A stretch of DNA of 64,000 bases from Planctomycetota bacterium (GCA_029978905.1 JAPOIM010000003.1:37528-101527); one strand, 5' to 3'. Shown: positions 1 through 9,984, numbered from the stretch's first letter. Notes: a model not told the origin generated them from the sequence alone. A program made the numbers and translations.

Positions 1-378
1 GCACTTCATCGCCGAGGTGATCACGGCGTGCGCGGCTTTGAGCTGCTCCACGTAGCGAGGCGAGTCCGCCTTGATCCGCTGCGCGAGGAAGTAGGCCTGC
101 ATCGTGTCTTGAACCTTGCCGGCATGCTCTTCCTTGGTCATCACCCAGCGAGCCATCTGGTTGACGGACTGCGCGGTGGGCTGACCGCCAGCGAGCAGTT
201 CGTTGAGCTGGGTTTGGGCCTTGGCGATGGTCTTGGTGTCTTCGAGAAGCTGCTCAAACCGCAGCTGGTCGCCGTAGATGCCACACGGCACCTGGCAGTG
301 AGCGAGAGCAACCGACGGGGAGGCAAGTCCTGCAACCAGGACAGCAAGGGCGGTGGTTCGGACAAGGGCTCGCAGCAT
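1..378 (-). CDS. sodN: Nickel superoxide dismutase precursor (3' end runs off the window)
   Basis: Not in the ORF track. Manual translation gives MLRALVRTTALAVLVAGLASPSVALA-HCQVPCGIYGDQLRFEQLLED...RWVMTKEEHA...YFLAQRIK...AMKC. HCxxPCxxY is the Ni-hook. AGGAG lies 9 nt before ATG 378; alternative ATG at 387. Confidence 0.93.
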   Translation of the reverse strand, partial: MLRALVRTTALAVLVAGLASPSVALAHCQVPCGIYGDQLRFEQLLEDTKTIAKAQTQLNELLAGGQPTAQSVNQMARWVMTKEEHAGKVQDTMQAYFLAQRIKADSPRYVEQLKAAHAVITSAMKC

Positions 379-406
379 GAAAGGCATCTCCTGCTTGGGT
401 GGGGCC

Positions 407-448
407 AAAAAAAGAACTCGGGGAGCTGCGGGATACAGCTCCCCGAGT
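407..448 (-). terminator. Intrinsic terminator-like hairpin between the beta-barrel gene and sodN
   Basis: 13-bp perfect stem (actcggggagctg / cagctccccgagt), 7-nt loop, followed on the minus strand by TCTTTTTTT. Confidence 0.8.
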
Positions 449-509
449 CGCAGGATAGTCTCTTGTCGCGGGCACCCCAAACGGGCTGCGCCACGATCGG
501 CTACCGGTC

Positions 510-1469
510 CTACCTCCAGCGACGGAAGGGCTCGTAGACCCGCACGGTCAGCAGCAGTTCGCTGGCTGAATACCGCTCGTTGTAGGTGAATGGGTTGCCG
601 GCGAAGTAACCCACCGCGGGCGTTTCGTCGATCGCGAAGAAGCGGTAGCCGACGTCGAAGATGATGCGTGGGTTGTACTCGTAGGTCACGCCACCACCGG
701 CCTGCCAGGCGAAGTTGGCGACGGGGTCATTGCCCGTGTAGAGATCCGCAAGGCCCGTTCCAGAAATCGTGGATCGGTAGCCACCGGTGCCCAGACCACC
801 ACCGACGTAGATGCCGAACGACTTCGTGACGTCGTAGTCCCGCCACAAGTTGACCGTCGCAGACCAGACATCGGTGGCACGCAGCGTGAGTGATCCGAGC
901 TGAGGATCGCTGTCGGTGGCGGTCATCTGATCGCGGCCACGCCCTTCGATCTCCAAGCGGACTGCACCGTTCGAGCGATCAAAGGACATGCCGAGTGCAC
1001 CGCCGATCGTGAACACGGACTCGTTGCGGATAGCTGGCGAACCCGGATTATCGTCATTCAGTGTGGCGAATGTCACGCCGGTGATGCCGCTGATGTAGGG
1101 CTGCCATGGTGGCAGCAAACCCCCTCGACGACCACCGGAAGCACAGTTGACCGTATCGCAGCTCGCGTCGCTCATCCTCGAGCTCACGCTGTCGAGAAAA
1201 CTGGTAAGAGCAACAGGGGAAGTCGACTTGGCCTCAGCCTCACTGAGGAGCTCGGAAGGCTCTTTCGGTCCGAGCTGATCGAGATTCTCATCGAGTGCTG
1301 CGGCGATGCCTGGATCGAGCGATTCTGGAGCAGCGGTGGAGAGGCTCTCTGCGACGCTGTCGGCCTGGTAGGCGTCGAACCAGTCGGCGCGGCTGCTCGC
1401 ACCAATCACCTGAGCCGCGCCAAACAGCGCGATGCACGTCAGTATTCGTTTTGTTAAGAGACAACGCAT
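510..1469 (-). CDS. Outer-membrane beta-barrel protein (opacity/OmpA-like 8-stranded barrel)
   Basis: Signal peptide, low-complexity linker, then amphipathic strands (RLEIEG, YVGGGLG, FAWQAGGGVTY, FDVGYRFF). Confidence 0.75.
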   Translation of the reverse strand: MRCLLTKRILTCIALFGAAQVIGASSRADWFDAYQADSVAESLSTAAPESLDPGIAAALDENLDQLGPKEPSELLSEAEAKSTSPVALTSFLDSVSSRMSDASCDTVNCASGGRRGGLLPPWQPYISGITGVTFATLNDDNPGSPAIRNESVFTIGGALGMSFDRSNGAVRLEIEGRGRDQMTATDSDPQLGSLTLRATDVWSATVNLWRDYDVTKSFGIYVGGGLGTGGYRSTISGTGLADLYTGNDPVANFAWQAGGGVTYEYNPRIIFDVGYRFFAIDETPAVGYFAGNPFTYNERYSASELLLTVRVYEPFRRWR

Positions 1470-1630
1470 GTGAGACCCCCTCGCCTCGCCTGGTATTCGA
1501 TAAAGTCGTTATCGCCCCAACAATCGGGACTGAATAATCGATCGGCCACGCACAACCGATCGCTCAACGACTTTCGTGACAGGCGTCAGGGTTTGCCTAA
1601 TCGTATGCCCCAAAGGGCAGTTTTCGGCAT

Positions 1631-2404
1631 TTAGACGTACGGGGACTGGCCTTTTTGGCCTTCAGAGAAGGCGTGCAGCATTGTGGCTACAGAGGCGACG
1701 GCGGCCATAAAAAAGGCTTTTCCTTTGTCGGACGTGGCGGTCCGAGGGTCTCCGCATCCGGTATCCGGGTGGGTCGTCGACCAAGGCCGCGGCGTCCAGA
1801 CGCCGGGCTGGGCGATCTCCTCAATCGCAAATGGGATTGTTCGACCGTCTCCCGCGTGTTCCATCTCGACCAGACGACCATCGAGGTGCAGCACCAAGGA
1901 GGTCTCCAGGTCGCCGGCATGGTCGCCGGGATTGTCGAACGTCGCACGCATGACGTCGGGACAGAGCTGCCAGAAGTTGACCACCACAATCGTGGCCCCC
2001 GTTTCCAGCATCACATCACGCACCAGCGGCGCAAAGGCGTTCCCACCGTGGCCATTGAGGATCACCAGCCGGTCGATCCCCTGTCGCACGAGGCTCTGCG
2101 TGACGTCGCGAAGGATGGCGAGGGCGGTGGCGGTTGAGAAGTGGATCGTGGCGACCTGATCCTGCTGTTGGGCGTTGTTCCCAAAAGGAATCGCTGGGAG
2201 CAGGAGGGCCTTGGCACCCTGCTCAACCGCGCGTTCCACCGCTGCTTCCGCGATGGCCGTGGCTTCGATCACGTCGGTTCCGTGGGGCAGATGCCAGCCA
2301 TGGGCTTCTGTGGCTCCCCAAGGCAAGACGGCGACGTTGGGCCGGTTGGCACGCAGCTGTCGGTAGGTGGCTTCGTGCAAGACATGTGGTCGAGGGCCAG
2401 GCAT
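1631..2404 (-). CDS. Creatininase-family amidohydrolase
   Basis: Motifs GATEAHGWHLPHGTD, NGHGGN and DHAGDLETS. Confidence 0.88.
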   Translation of the reverse strand: MPGPRPHVLHEATYRQLRANRPNVAVLPWGATEAHGWHLPHGTDVIEATAIAEAAVERAVEQGAKALLLPAIPFGNNAQQQDQVATIHFSTATALAILRDVTQSLVRQGIDRLVILNGHGGNAFAPLVRDVMLETGATIVVVNFWQLCPDVMRATFDNPGDHAGDLETSLVLHLDGRLVEMEHAGDGRTIPFAIEEIAQPGVWTPRPWSTTHPDTGCGDPRTATSDKGKAFFMAAVASVATMLHAFSEGQKGQSPYV

Positions 2405-2604
2405 AGGATGCTCCGCGCTGAGTTCTGCGACGTTTTACCATGTTTGCTGGAGTTCCAACGGGACGCGGTGCAGCCACGCGCAGCGCGTGCGCCGCGTGTT
2501 TGCGGTGTGTGCGACACGGCGGTGAGGGTGCACCCGCGCGCTCACGAGGGTAGTCTGTCGACGGCCGGGAAGGGGTTTGGATCCTGTCTGAAGGGAACGT
2601 GCGG

Positions 2605-3822
2605 ATGGCTGCTTGGATGCGGTTGTGGACGGTGGTTCTGGTGAGCCTGGTGGCGTTGCTCCCCGAGGGTGTGCATGCCCAACAGGCTGGGGACGAGGAA
2701 CCGCCGATGGCCTTTGCCGTGTCGGCCACTATCGAGGAGTTTTTGGGTGAGCCCGTGTTGGTGCCGATGCAGCAGCTCTGGGAGCAGCGAGGTGGTTGGG
2801 GGGGCGTGCTTTCTGCTCCCGACGGTACGCTGCTGGCCTTTCGCTCTCCGGGGGGTGGCGAGGTGCGACGCAGCCGCGACGGAGGCCTGACCTGGGACGC
2901 TGCTGTGGCCATTGATCCAAGCGGCGCTGCGTCGCGTGCCAACGGCGGCAACGCTCTCGTGGATGAAACCACCGGCGAACTGCTCTACGTCTGCCCTCAG
3001 GAGAAGTGGCTCTATCGCAGCGGCGACTCTGGTGCGACATGGGAGCGGGAAACCATCGAGGTATTGCCCGATCGGCTGGGGCTCGTGCCTGGGATTGAGG
3101 GCGCGGGTGCGATGCAGTGTGGGCTCACCCTCGCGTTCGGTGCGCACCGTGGGCGGCTCGTGAGCCCAGCCAGGATCATGGGGCCACAAAACTCCAACGA
3201 TGTTGCCTGGCGGCCCTACCACTACTCCACGGCCATCATCAGCGACGACCACGGAAAAACCTGGCAGACCACCAATCCGTTTCCAGTGCTCGGCACGGGT
3301 GAGGCGGCGATTGCCGAGCTCTCTGACGGATCGTTGCTCTACAACTCGCGGGAACACATGAGCCGCGGCAATCGATTCTTTGCCACGAGTTACGACGGCG
3401 GGCAGCTCTGGATTGAGCCACGTCGGAGTCAGGAACTTCCAGATGGCCCCCGTGGCACGTCGTATGGGTTGATGGGGGGCATGCTCCGTTTGCCGATCGC
3501 AGGCCGCGACATCCTGCTCTACAGCAGTTCCGATACCGACGCGGGGGCGATGCCAGCGCAGCGCGGTGCGTCCATCGCGGGAGGGCGTGAGAAGATCACC
3601 GTCTGGGCCAGCTTTGATGGTGGAGCGTCATGGCCTGTAAAGCGGCTTGTCTACGACGGACCAAGTGCCTACTCGAATCTGGGTGTGGGTCGCAGCGGCA
3701 CGGCCAGTGCGGGGAAGGTGTTTGTGATCTTTGAAGGTGGGCCCCGCGGGAGTCATGCGGCCGTGCAGGTGGTTGCTTTCAACCTTGCGTGGCTCCTCGA
3801 TGGTGGTCCCGTTCCCAACTAG
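2605..3822 (+). CDS. Secreted sialidase-like (BNR/Asp-box, GH33-type) beta-propeller
   Basis: Signal peptide. Five Asp-boxes (SRDGGLTW, SGDSGATW, SDDHGKTW, SYDGGQLW, SFDGGASW), plus EAAIAELSDG..NSR and AYS. Alternative GTG start at 2599. Confidence 0.8.
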   Translation: MAAWMRLWTVVLVSLVALLPEGVHAQQAGDEEPPMAFAVSATIEEFLGEPVLVPMQQLWEQRGGWGGVLSAPDGTLLAFRSPGGGEVRRSRDGGLTWDAAVAIDPSGAASRANGGNALVDETTGELLYVCPQEKWLYRSGDSGATWERETIEVLPDRLGLVPGIEGAGAMQCGLTLAFGAHRGRLVSPARIMGPQNSNDVAWRPYHYSTAIISDDHGKTWQTTNPFPVLGTGEAAIAELSDGSLLYNSREHMSRGNRFFATSYDGGQLWIEPRRSQELPDGPRGTSYGLMGGMLRLPIAGRDILLYSSSDTDAGAMPAQRGASIAGGREKITVWASFDGGASWPVKRLVYDGPSAYSNLGVGRSGTASAGKVFVIFEGGPRGSHAAVQVVAFNLAWLLDGGPVPN

Positions 3823-4053
3823 CTGGCTGCAGGGGAAGCGTGGCAACCGAATCGTTGTGGTGGGGAACGTTCAGGTTTAGCCTGCAATAGTTGCGTTGGC
3901 ACGTAGGGGTCGACAGGCCCATGCGAGGGGATCTCCGCTCGCGACATGCGTATCGACGGCATGGATGTGCGGCGGCTCTCGGGTCGCCAGCGACACCCGC
4001 GTCTTCGCGGGGCTGAGCACTCACCCTTCGTCATCCTCGAGGGAGGTTTCCCC

Positions 4054-4953
4054 ATGCGATGTCAAACTGTCTTGAGGTCTGCGCTGACCGCGGCCCTGGT
4101 TGGGGCCTGTTTCCTGACGCCATCCGGACGGCTCCTGCGAGCCGAAGCCATTTGGAACTACGACTTCGGCACCGGCACTGGCGTTGTCACCAGTGGCGAA
4201 AGCACGACGTTTCTTCCCACACCAGCGCCGGATGGCGGAACCGCGCGGGTGCGAGTGGGGGCTGGCGGAGGTGGGTTTGCCTTGGTGAATCCCGGCGTGG
4301 GCCGTTCGTCGCTCGTGGCCACGGCGTCTTCCAGCACGTCGGTAAACAAGTTCTCCATTTACGACTACAGCGGCAGCGACCTGTTCACACTGGAAGCGGA
4401 GGTGACGTTTCAGGGAGGGAGCAGCGGTTCGTGGTATCTGCTTGTCGGGAATGGGTCGTCGTTCAGTGACGGCACCAGTTTCGACAGAACTGAGGTTTTC
4501 AGTGGACTACGGTGGGATTTCGAGAGCGATGGCGGGCTGACCACCTCGCGGCTCTCCTCGAGTGGGAACTGGCTGACCACGAATGTGCCCAGCATGGTGC
4601 AGGACACGACTTACCGCCTGAAGATCTACGGCAACAACACCCCCAATGCCATCGACCACGCGGGATTGCGTCTCGAGCCTGCGACATGGGATGTGTTGAT
4701 CGACGGCGTCGTGGCCGGGAGCGGCTTGGCGAAGGGAGGGCTTGCCGACAGCACGCCGATCGACTCCTTCATGTTCAACGGCTCAGGATCCGCGGGGAAT
4801 GCGGCAACCCTCACTCTCAACTCGGTGACCTACGCCAATGTGCTGGCCCCTGAGCCGCACGCCTGGATGCTCGCGGCGGTGGGGGTTGCTTGCTGCTGGG
4901 GAGCGAGAATTGCCAATAAACGTCGTAAAAATGGGATCTCCGGGGGCCTCTGA
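4054..4953 (+). CDS. PEP-CTERM-type sorted surface protein
   Basis: GGAGG precedes ATG 4054. Signal peptide, Ser/Gly/Thr-rich beta domain, C-terminal APEP + hydrophobic helix + KRRK. Confidence 0.75.
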   Translation: MRCQTVLRSALTAALVGACFLTPSGRLLRAEAIWNYDFGTGTGVVTSGESTTFLPTPAPDGGTARVRVGAGGGGFALVNPGVGRSSLVATASSSTSVNKFSIYDYSGSDLFTLEAEVTFQGGSSGSWYLLVGNGSSFSDGTSFDRTEVFSGLRWDFESDGGLTTSRLSSSGNWLTTNVPSMVQDTTYRLKIYGNNTPNAIDHAGLRLEPATWDVLIDGVVAGSGLAKGGLADSTPIDSFMFNGSGSAGNAATLTLNSVTYANVLAPEPHAWMLAAVGVACCWGARIANKRRKNGISGGL

Positions 4954-5067
4954 GTGAGGCAACTGGCCTACGGCTTCTGTCGGGGGTTTGCTACAAGCCC
5001 ACCTGTGGTGCGGCACGTGGTGTGCTTGTCACTCGGCTGAAGAACCCTGGGCACGGAGTCGCCTCTG

Positions 5068-5964
5068 ATGTGGATCAGGAATATCCGCTCCCTCTCGATC
5101 ATCGCCACCGTTGTCTGGGCTGCGGGTGCGGTCGCGATGAGCGCCGCGACGGCCGCGGACAGCGACTGGGAAATGCGAGTGGAAAGCAGCATCTACCGCG
5201 ACGACGAAGACAAACCGATAGGCCGTAGCCTGGCCCTCTTCACGAGCGACGTGGTTTGGGATTTTCTCGAGCTTCCAGATGCCGACGGATCTCTGCAACT
5301 CGCCGAGGTGGTGCTCCATGATCCACTCCGGGAACGGACGGTGCTGGTGGATCCTCGCCGCAAGGTAAAGGTGGAGGTCGACAAACTCAAACTCGATCGG
5401 CTGCGGGTGTCTCTCGCCAGTTGGGCACGCGGCGCCGATGATCCCATTATTCGCTGGGCAGCAGGCAGCACGGTCACCGAAGGCCTCCGCGTGGAGCACG
5501 ACCCACATCCGATGGTAGTGCTGACGGGACCGAAGGTGCGGTACGAGGTCGACTTTGAAGAAGTGGCCAACCCACAAGCGGCCACGAGTTACCAGCAGTT
5601 CGCGGATGTCTCGCTGCTCGTCAAGGCACTCGTGCACCCCGGCGGGATTCCTCCCTATCCAAGGATGGCCATCAACCATCGTCTGATGGGTGAGCAGGCG
5701 ATTCCCAGCGAGGTGCGGTTGACGCTGGCGAGCGATCTTCCGCTGGTGGGAGGGCTGCCTGGTGCGCTTGGAGAAAAACTCCTCCGCAGCGAACACCGCA
5801 CCCACCCCCGTCTGCTCACCGAAGATCGACGTCGTATTGCTGATGCGTCGACGTGGATCGGCGAGGCATCGCTGGTCTCGCTTGAGACATATGCCAACCC
5901 TGCAGTGGAGTCGACCGCCGACCGGTCCGCTGAGCCAACGGGTGGCCGTTCGCTTACGCGTTAG
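5068..5964 (+). CDS. Secreted hypothetical protein
   Basis: 298-aa ORF with a signal peptide; first gene of a tightly packed + strand run. Confidence 0.65.
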   Translation: MWIRNIRSLSIIATVVWAAGAVAMSAATAADSDWEMRVESSIYRDDEDKPIGRSLALFTSDVVWDFLELPDADGSLQLAEVVLHDPLRERTVLVDPRRKVKVEVDKLKLDRLRVSLASWARGADDPIIRWAAGSTVTEGLRVEHDPHPMVVLTGPKVRYEVDFEEVANPQAATSYQQFADVSLLVKALVHPGGIPPYPRMAINHRLMGEQAIPSEVRLTLASDLPLVGGLPGALGEKLLRSEHRTHPRLLTEDRRRIADASTWIGEASLVSLETYANPAVESTADRSAEPTGGRSLTR

Positions 5965-5982
5965 CGCGGCCCAGGACTTCTC

Positions 5983-6756
5983 ATGTCCAGTTCACACGCA
6001 CCTCTACCGCCGTCGGCCGCGGCCCGTCGCCGAGTGGCCGGGCTCCGACGGCTCGCGCTGTGGTTGGGGGTGCTGGTGCCTGCGATGGCGATTGCCTGTG
6101 CACTGCTGGTGCGACACGAGCCGACTTTCTATTCAGCTGTGCACGAGGAGATCGCGGCGGGTGCGGATGCAGCCGTTGTCGCAGCGATGCGGCAGAGGGC
6201 ATCGGCCAGGTTTGTCTCGAAGATCGCAGGGCTCGTCGCCGACGTTTCTCGAGAGGGAACCTGGTCGACGGTGATCGGTGATGACGAACTCAATGCCTGG
6301 CTCGCCGTCGAACTCCCCGTCAATCACCCGGAACTCTTGCCGATGGGTGTCAGCGACCTTCGGGCACAGTTTGTGCCGGGAGAGGTGCTTGTTGGCTGTC
6401 GCGTCGGGGGAATCTTGGGTGGGCTTGCCTGGGTGGAGATGCGGGTGCAGCTGCTGGACGCGAACCGGATTGCCGTCACAGTGGAGCGGTGTCGCGTCGG
6501 GCTCCTGCCTGTGCCACCGGGCCTTGTCGCCTCGCAAGTGGCAAAGAGCCTCCGGCGGGCAGAGGTGGCGTGTGAGATGCTCCGCAGGGAGGGGCAGACG
6601 CAACTCGTCGTGCAGTTGCCAGCAGCCGCAGCCGCTGGCCATGGTGGCGCGGCTGTTCGTTGGTGGCTCGACGGCCTCCGCATAGAACAGGGGGACGTCG
6701 TTCTCACGGGCACCAGTCGCCGTGTGCAGGAGAGCCGTCAGAGAGTCGGACCCTAA
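5983..6756 (+). CDS. Membrane-anchored hypothetical protein
   Basis: Basic N-terminus plus one TM helix; 17-18 nt gaps to both neighbours. Confidence 0.65.
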   Translation: MSSSHAPLPPSAAARRRVAGLRRLALWLGVLVPAMAIACALLVRHEPTFYSAVHEEIAAGADAAVVAAMRQRASARFVSKIAGLVADVSREGTWSTVIGDDELNAWLAVELPVNHPELLPMGVSDLRAQFVPGEVLVGCRVGGILGGLAWVEMRVQLLDANRIAVTVERCRVGLLPVPPGLVASQVAKSLRRAEVACEMLRREGQTQLVVQLPAAAAAGHGGAAVRWWLDGLRIEQGDVVLTGTSRRVQESRQRVGP

Positions 6757-6773
6757 AGGAGCGAGACATCACG

Positions 6774-8177
6774 ATGCCGCGTCTGACATTCCTTGGTGCT
6801 GCAGGAACGGTTTCTGGGAGCCGACACCTTTTGGAAAGCGAGGGCGGTCGTGTGTTGTTTGACTGTGGTCTCTTTCAGGGGGAGCGGGCCCTTCGCCGAA
6901 GAAACTGGCAGCCGCTTGGGGTGCCGCCCGAGCGGATCGATGCGGTGGTGCTCACGCATGGCCACATCGACCACTCCGGCTGGCTGCCGCGGCTCGTGCG
7001 GGAGGGGTTCCGCGGGCCAATCCTGACGTCGCCGCCGACCGCCGATCTCCTCGGCCTGCTGCTCTACGATTCGGCGAAGTGCCAAATGGAAGATGCGGAG
7101 TATGCCAACCGAAAAGGCTATTCCAAGCATCACCCTGCCCTACCCCTCTATGAAGAACACGACGTCGACCAGACCCTTCGGCAGGTGGAGGTTGTCGACC
7201 GAGAGACTTGGTTTGAAACCTGTTCGGACGTGCGATGTCGTCTGCACGATGCGGGCCACATGCTCGGAAGTTCGTATGTCGAGGTTGAAGTCAATGCGCC
7301 GGGGCGGCCGCAGAGGCTGATTGTTTCCGGTGATGTTGGTCGCTACGACGCCCCGCTCTACAACGACCCGCTGCCTCCCCCGCCCTGCGATGTGTTGATT
7401 TGCGAGAGCACCTATGGAGACCGTGATCATTCGCAGGTCGATCCGCTGGATGAGCTCGAAAAGATCGTGAACGAGGCGGTGAAGCGAGGTGGGCTGTTGC
7501 TCGCGGCGTCGTTTGCCGTGGGGCGAACACAGCAACTCGTGTACCTCCTGCGCATCTTGATTGCCTCAGGCCGCATACCAGAGCTGCCGATTTGGATCGA
7601 TTCGCCGATGGCAGTGGAAGCGACCCACGTGTTTCGCAGGCACGCGCATGAGCACGACCTTTCGGAAGCGCACGAAGAGGGCGTTGCCGAAGCGCTCTCG
7701 GCCCCTTGGGTGCGGATGACAAAATCGGCCGAGGCGTCGAAGGCGATCAACCACGAGGAAGGCCCCGGCGTTGTGATTGCCTCAAGCGGCATGATGACGG
7801 GGGGGCGGATTCTGCATCATCTCAAGCGGCGTCTGCCGGATCCTCGCACGACGGTGCTCGTGACGGGCTTCCAAGCGAAGGGCACCCGTGGCCGCACGCT
7901 GCTCGACGGCAACCCGACGCTGCGGATCCACGGGCGCGACATCCCCGTGAAGGCTGCGGTCCGGAGGCTTGACGGCCTTTCCGGCCACGCCGATCGGCAC
8001 GAAATTGTGCGATGGCTGACAGGGATGCCCGCGCCGGCCCAGGTGTTTCTCGTGCACGGCGAACCAACCGCCGCTCGGGGGATGGCAAAACAGCTCGAGA
8101 CCTCGTTCGGCTGGAAGGCAACGATTCCAGCGATTGGCGACTCATTTGAAATCGGCGACGCAGCGGCGGCACCGTGA
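6774..8177 (+). CDS. MBL-fold beta-CASP ribonuclease (YSH1-like)
   Basis: FLGAAGTVSGS, DCG, THGHIDH, AGHMLGS, SGD, ESTYG, SGHAD and LVHGE motifs. AAGGAG precedes ATG 6774. Confidence 0.9.
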   Translation: MPRLTFLGAAGTVSGSRHLLESEGGRVLFDCGLFQGERALRRRNWQPLGVPPERIDAVVLTHGHIDHSGWLPRLVREGFRGPILTSPPTADLLGLLLYDSAKCQMEDAEYANRKGYSKHHPALPLYEEHDVDQTLRQVEVVDRETWFETCSDVRCRLHDAGHMLGSSYVEVEVNAPGRPQRLIVSGDVGRYDAPLYNDPLPPPPCDVLICESTYGDRDHSQVDPLDELEKIVNEAVKRGGLLLAASFAVGRTQQLVYLLRILIASGRIPELPIWIDSPMAVEATHVFRRHAHEHDLSEAHEEGVAEALSAPWVRMTKSAEASKAINHEEGPGVVIASSGMMTGGRILHHLKRRLPDPRTTVLVTGFQAKGTRGRTLLDGNPTLRIHGRDIPVKAAVRRLDGLSGHADRHEIVRWLTGMPAPAQVFLVHGEPTAARGMAKQLETSFGWKATIPAIGDSFEIGDAAAAP

Positions 8178-8205
8178 CGGACCACCAGTGTTTAAGGAGA
8201 ACGGC

Positions 8206-9159
8206 ATGCGTGAGAATGCGGAGAAGCCCTGCGAACGAATACCGTCATCACCGCTGGGGAATGATGTGCCCCTGATGGCATCGAACCTCGAAGCGATCCT
8301 CTCATCGCCGAGTTACGTCCTCGCCGACGACGATCACGATTTGCTCGAGCGGGAAGAGATGCGTGGCGTGCGAATGATGCTCGAGTTGCAGAAGCCCGAG
8401 CTGGCCCTGCAGGAAGAGAAGATTCACTCCACCGTGATCGTCTTCGGCGGAACGCAGATCGTGGAGCGAGGAGCTGCGGAGCGACGGCTTTCCAATGCGC
8501 GGCGGGCCGCAGCAGACAAGCCGAACGACACCGCCCTCGCGCGAGAGGTTGCCCGCAGCGAGCAACTGCTGAACTTAAGCCACTACTACGACGAGGCGAG
8601 AGAGTTTGCCAGGCTCGTGTCGGTCGACCATCAGTGCGAGGCGAGGCGCGAGTTTGTGGTGGTGACGGGGGGTGGCCCGGGGATCATGGAAGCCGCCAAC
8701 CGTGGTGCTTTCGACGTGGGCTGTAAATCCATCGGACTCAACATTCGCTTGCCGTCGGAGCAGCATCCCAATCCCTTCATCACGCCAGAGCTCTGCTTCC
8801 AGTTTCGCTACTTCGCCATTCGGAAGTTTCACTTCATTTTGCGAGCAGCGGGGGTGGTGCTCTTTCCCGGTGGCTTCGGCACCCTCGATGAACTGTTCGA
8901 AGCCCTGACGCTCAGGCAGACGCATCGCATGCAGCCAGCACCGATCGTGCTCTACGGCCGCGACTACTGGAAGAGTGTGATCGACTTTCGAAAACTCGCC
9001 GACTTTGGCGTGATCGCCGACGCCCACCTCGATCTCTTTACCTACGCCGACACCCCCGAGGCAGCCTGGCGGACGATCGTCGACTTCAACGAGCGGAAGC
9101 GGAAAGCACAGCAACGCGACGAGTCGCCGGCCACGGATGAAGACGATCTTCAACCGTAA
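8206..9159 (+). CDS. LOG-family (TIGR00730) nucleotide phosphoribohydrolase
   Basis: TGGGPGIMEAANRGA, YFAIRK and PGGFGTLDELFE motifs. AAGGAG precedes ATG 8206. Confidence 0.88.
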   Translation: MRENAEKPCERIPSSPLGNDVPLMASNLEAILSSPSYVLADDDHDLLEREEMRGVRMMLELQKPELALQEEKIHSTVIVFGGTQIVERGAAERRLSNARRAAADKPNDTALAREVARSEQLLNLSHYYDEAREFARLVSVDHQCEARREFVVVTGGGPGIMEAANRGAFDVGCKSIGLNIRLPSEQHPNPFITPELCFQFRYFAIRKFHFILRAAGVVLFPGGFGTLDELFEALTLRQTHRMQPAPIVLYGRDYWKSVIDFRKLADFGVIADAHLDLFTYADTPEAAWRTIVDFNERKRKAQQRDESPATDEDDLQP

Positions 9160-9204
9160 CCACGACTCATCACCCTCGCCCACAGCGCACGAGAACGGAA
9201 AACC

Positions 9205-9984
9205 ATGATGCGGAATCCTGTTGACTTCACCTTGGGGAGTGTGGCCCACCATGGTCAGGTGGCGCTTGTGACCGGCGGCGCGCGGCGGGTGGGGAAGGCC
9301 ATTGTGCAGGCCCTTGCGGCCCGCGGGTACGCGGTGGCGATTCATGCAAACAACAGCTTGGCAGCGGCCCGGGAAGATGCCGCCACCTTCCAGGCTGCGG
9401 GCATCCCGGCACTCGCGGTCACGGCCAACCTGCGGGACGAGGGGCCGGTACGGGCGATGGTGCACCGAGTGGTCGATCATTTTGGACGCCTCGACGCGGT
9501 GGTGAACTCGGCGGCGATCTGGCGTCAGCAGCCGTTTGAGTCTGTGACCGCGGATGACCTGCGTCAGCACTTTGAGGTGAATGTCGTGGGGAGCTTCGTC
9601 GTGGCGCAGGAGGCAGCGATGACGATGATCGATCAGGATTCGGGGGGCTGCATCGTCAGCCTCGGCGACTGGGCGGTCGCTCGGCCGTATGCGAACTACG
9701 CAGGCTATTTTCCGAGCAAGGGGGCGATTCCTGCGATGACTCGGTCCCTGGCGGTCGAACTAGCCGCCCGCAATCCGCGGATCCGGGTGAACTGTGTGCT
9801 GCCTGGGCCCGTGATGCTGCCGGAACATCTCTCGGCGGAGGAGCGCCACGAGGCGGTTGCTGGCACCTTACTGAAGCGGGAGGGGCGAGCGGAGCATGTC
9901 GCCCACGCCGTGCTTTTCCTGATCGAGAACGAGTTTGTGACCGGGGTCTGCTTGCCGGTCGACGGCGGTCGGACAATCGCTTAA
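9205..9984 (+). CDS. SDR oxidoreductase, pteridine reductase (PTR1/FolM)-like
   Basis: TGGARRVG (the pteridine-reductase-type Arg variant), VNSA, YxxxK (YFPSK) and VDGG. Confidence 0.8.
   Translation: MMRNPVDFTLGSVAHHGQVALVTGGARRVGKAIVQALAARGYAVAIHANNSLAAAREDAATFQAAGIPALAVTANLRDEGPVRAMVHRVVDHFGRLDAVVNSAAIWRQQPFESVTADDLRQHFEVNVVGSFVVAQEAAMTMIDQDSGGCIVSLGDWAVARPYANYAGYFPSKGAIPAMTRSLAVELAARNPRIRVNCVLPGPVMLPEHLSAEERHEAVAGTLLKREGRAEHVAHAVLFLIENEFVTGVCLPVDGGRTIA

Noticed and set aside
438-448. 11-nt match (gctccccgagt) to the tRNA-Asn 3' end, suggesting an att site
   Set aside because: It is short, GC-rich and part of a terminator stem. No integrase is present, and the interval contains housekeeping hem genes.
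28-537. 169-aa + strand ORF
   Set aside because: Antisense to the clear sodN frame.
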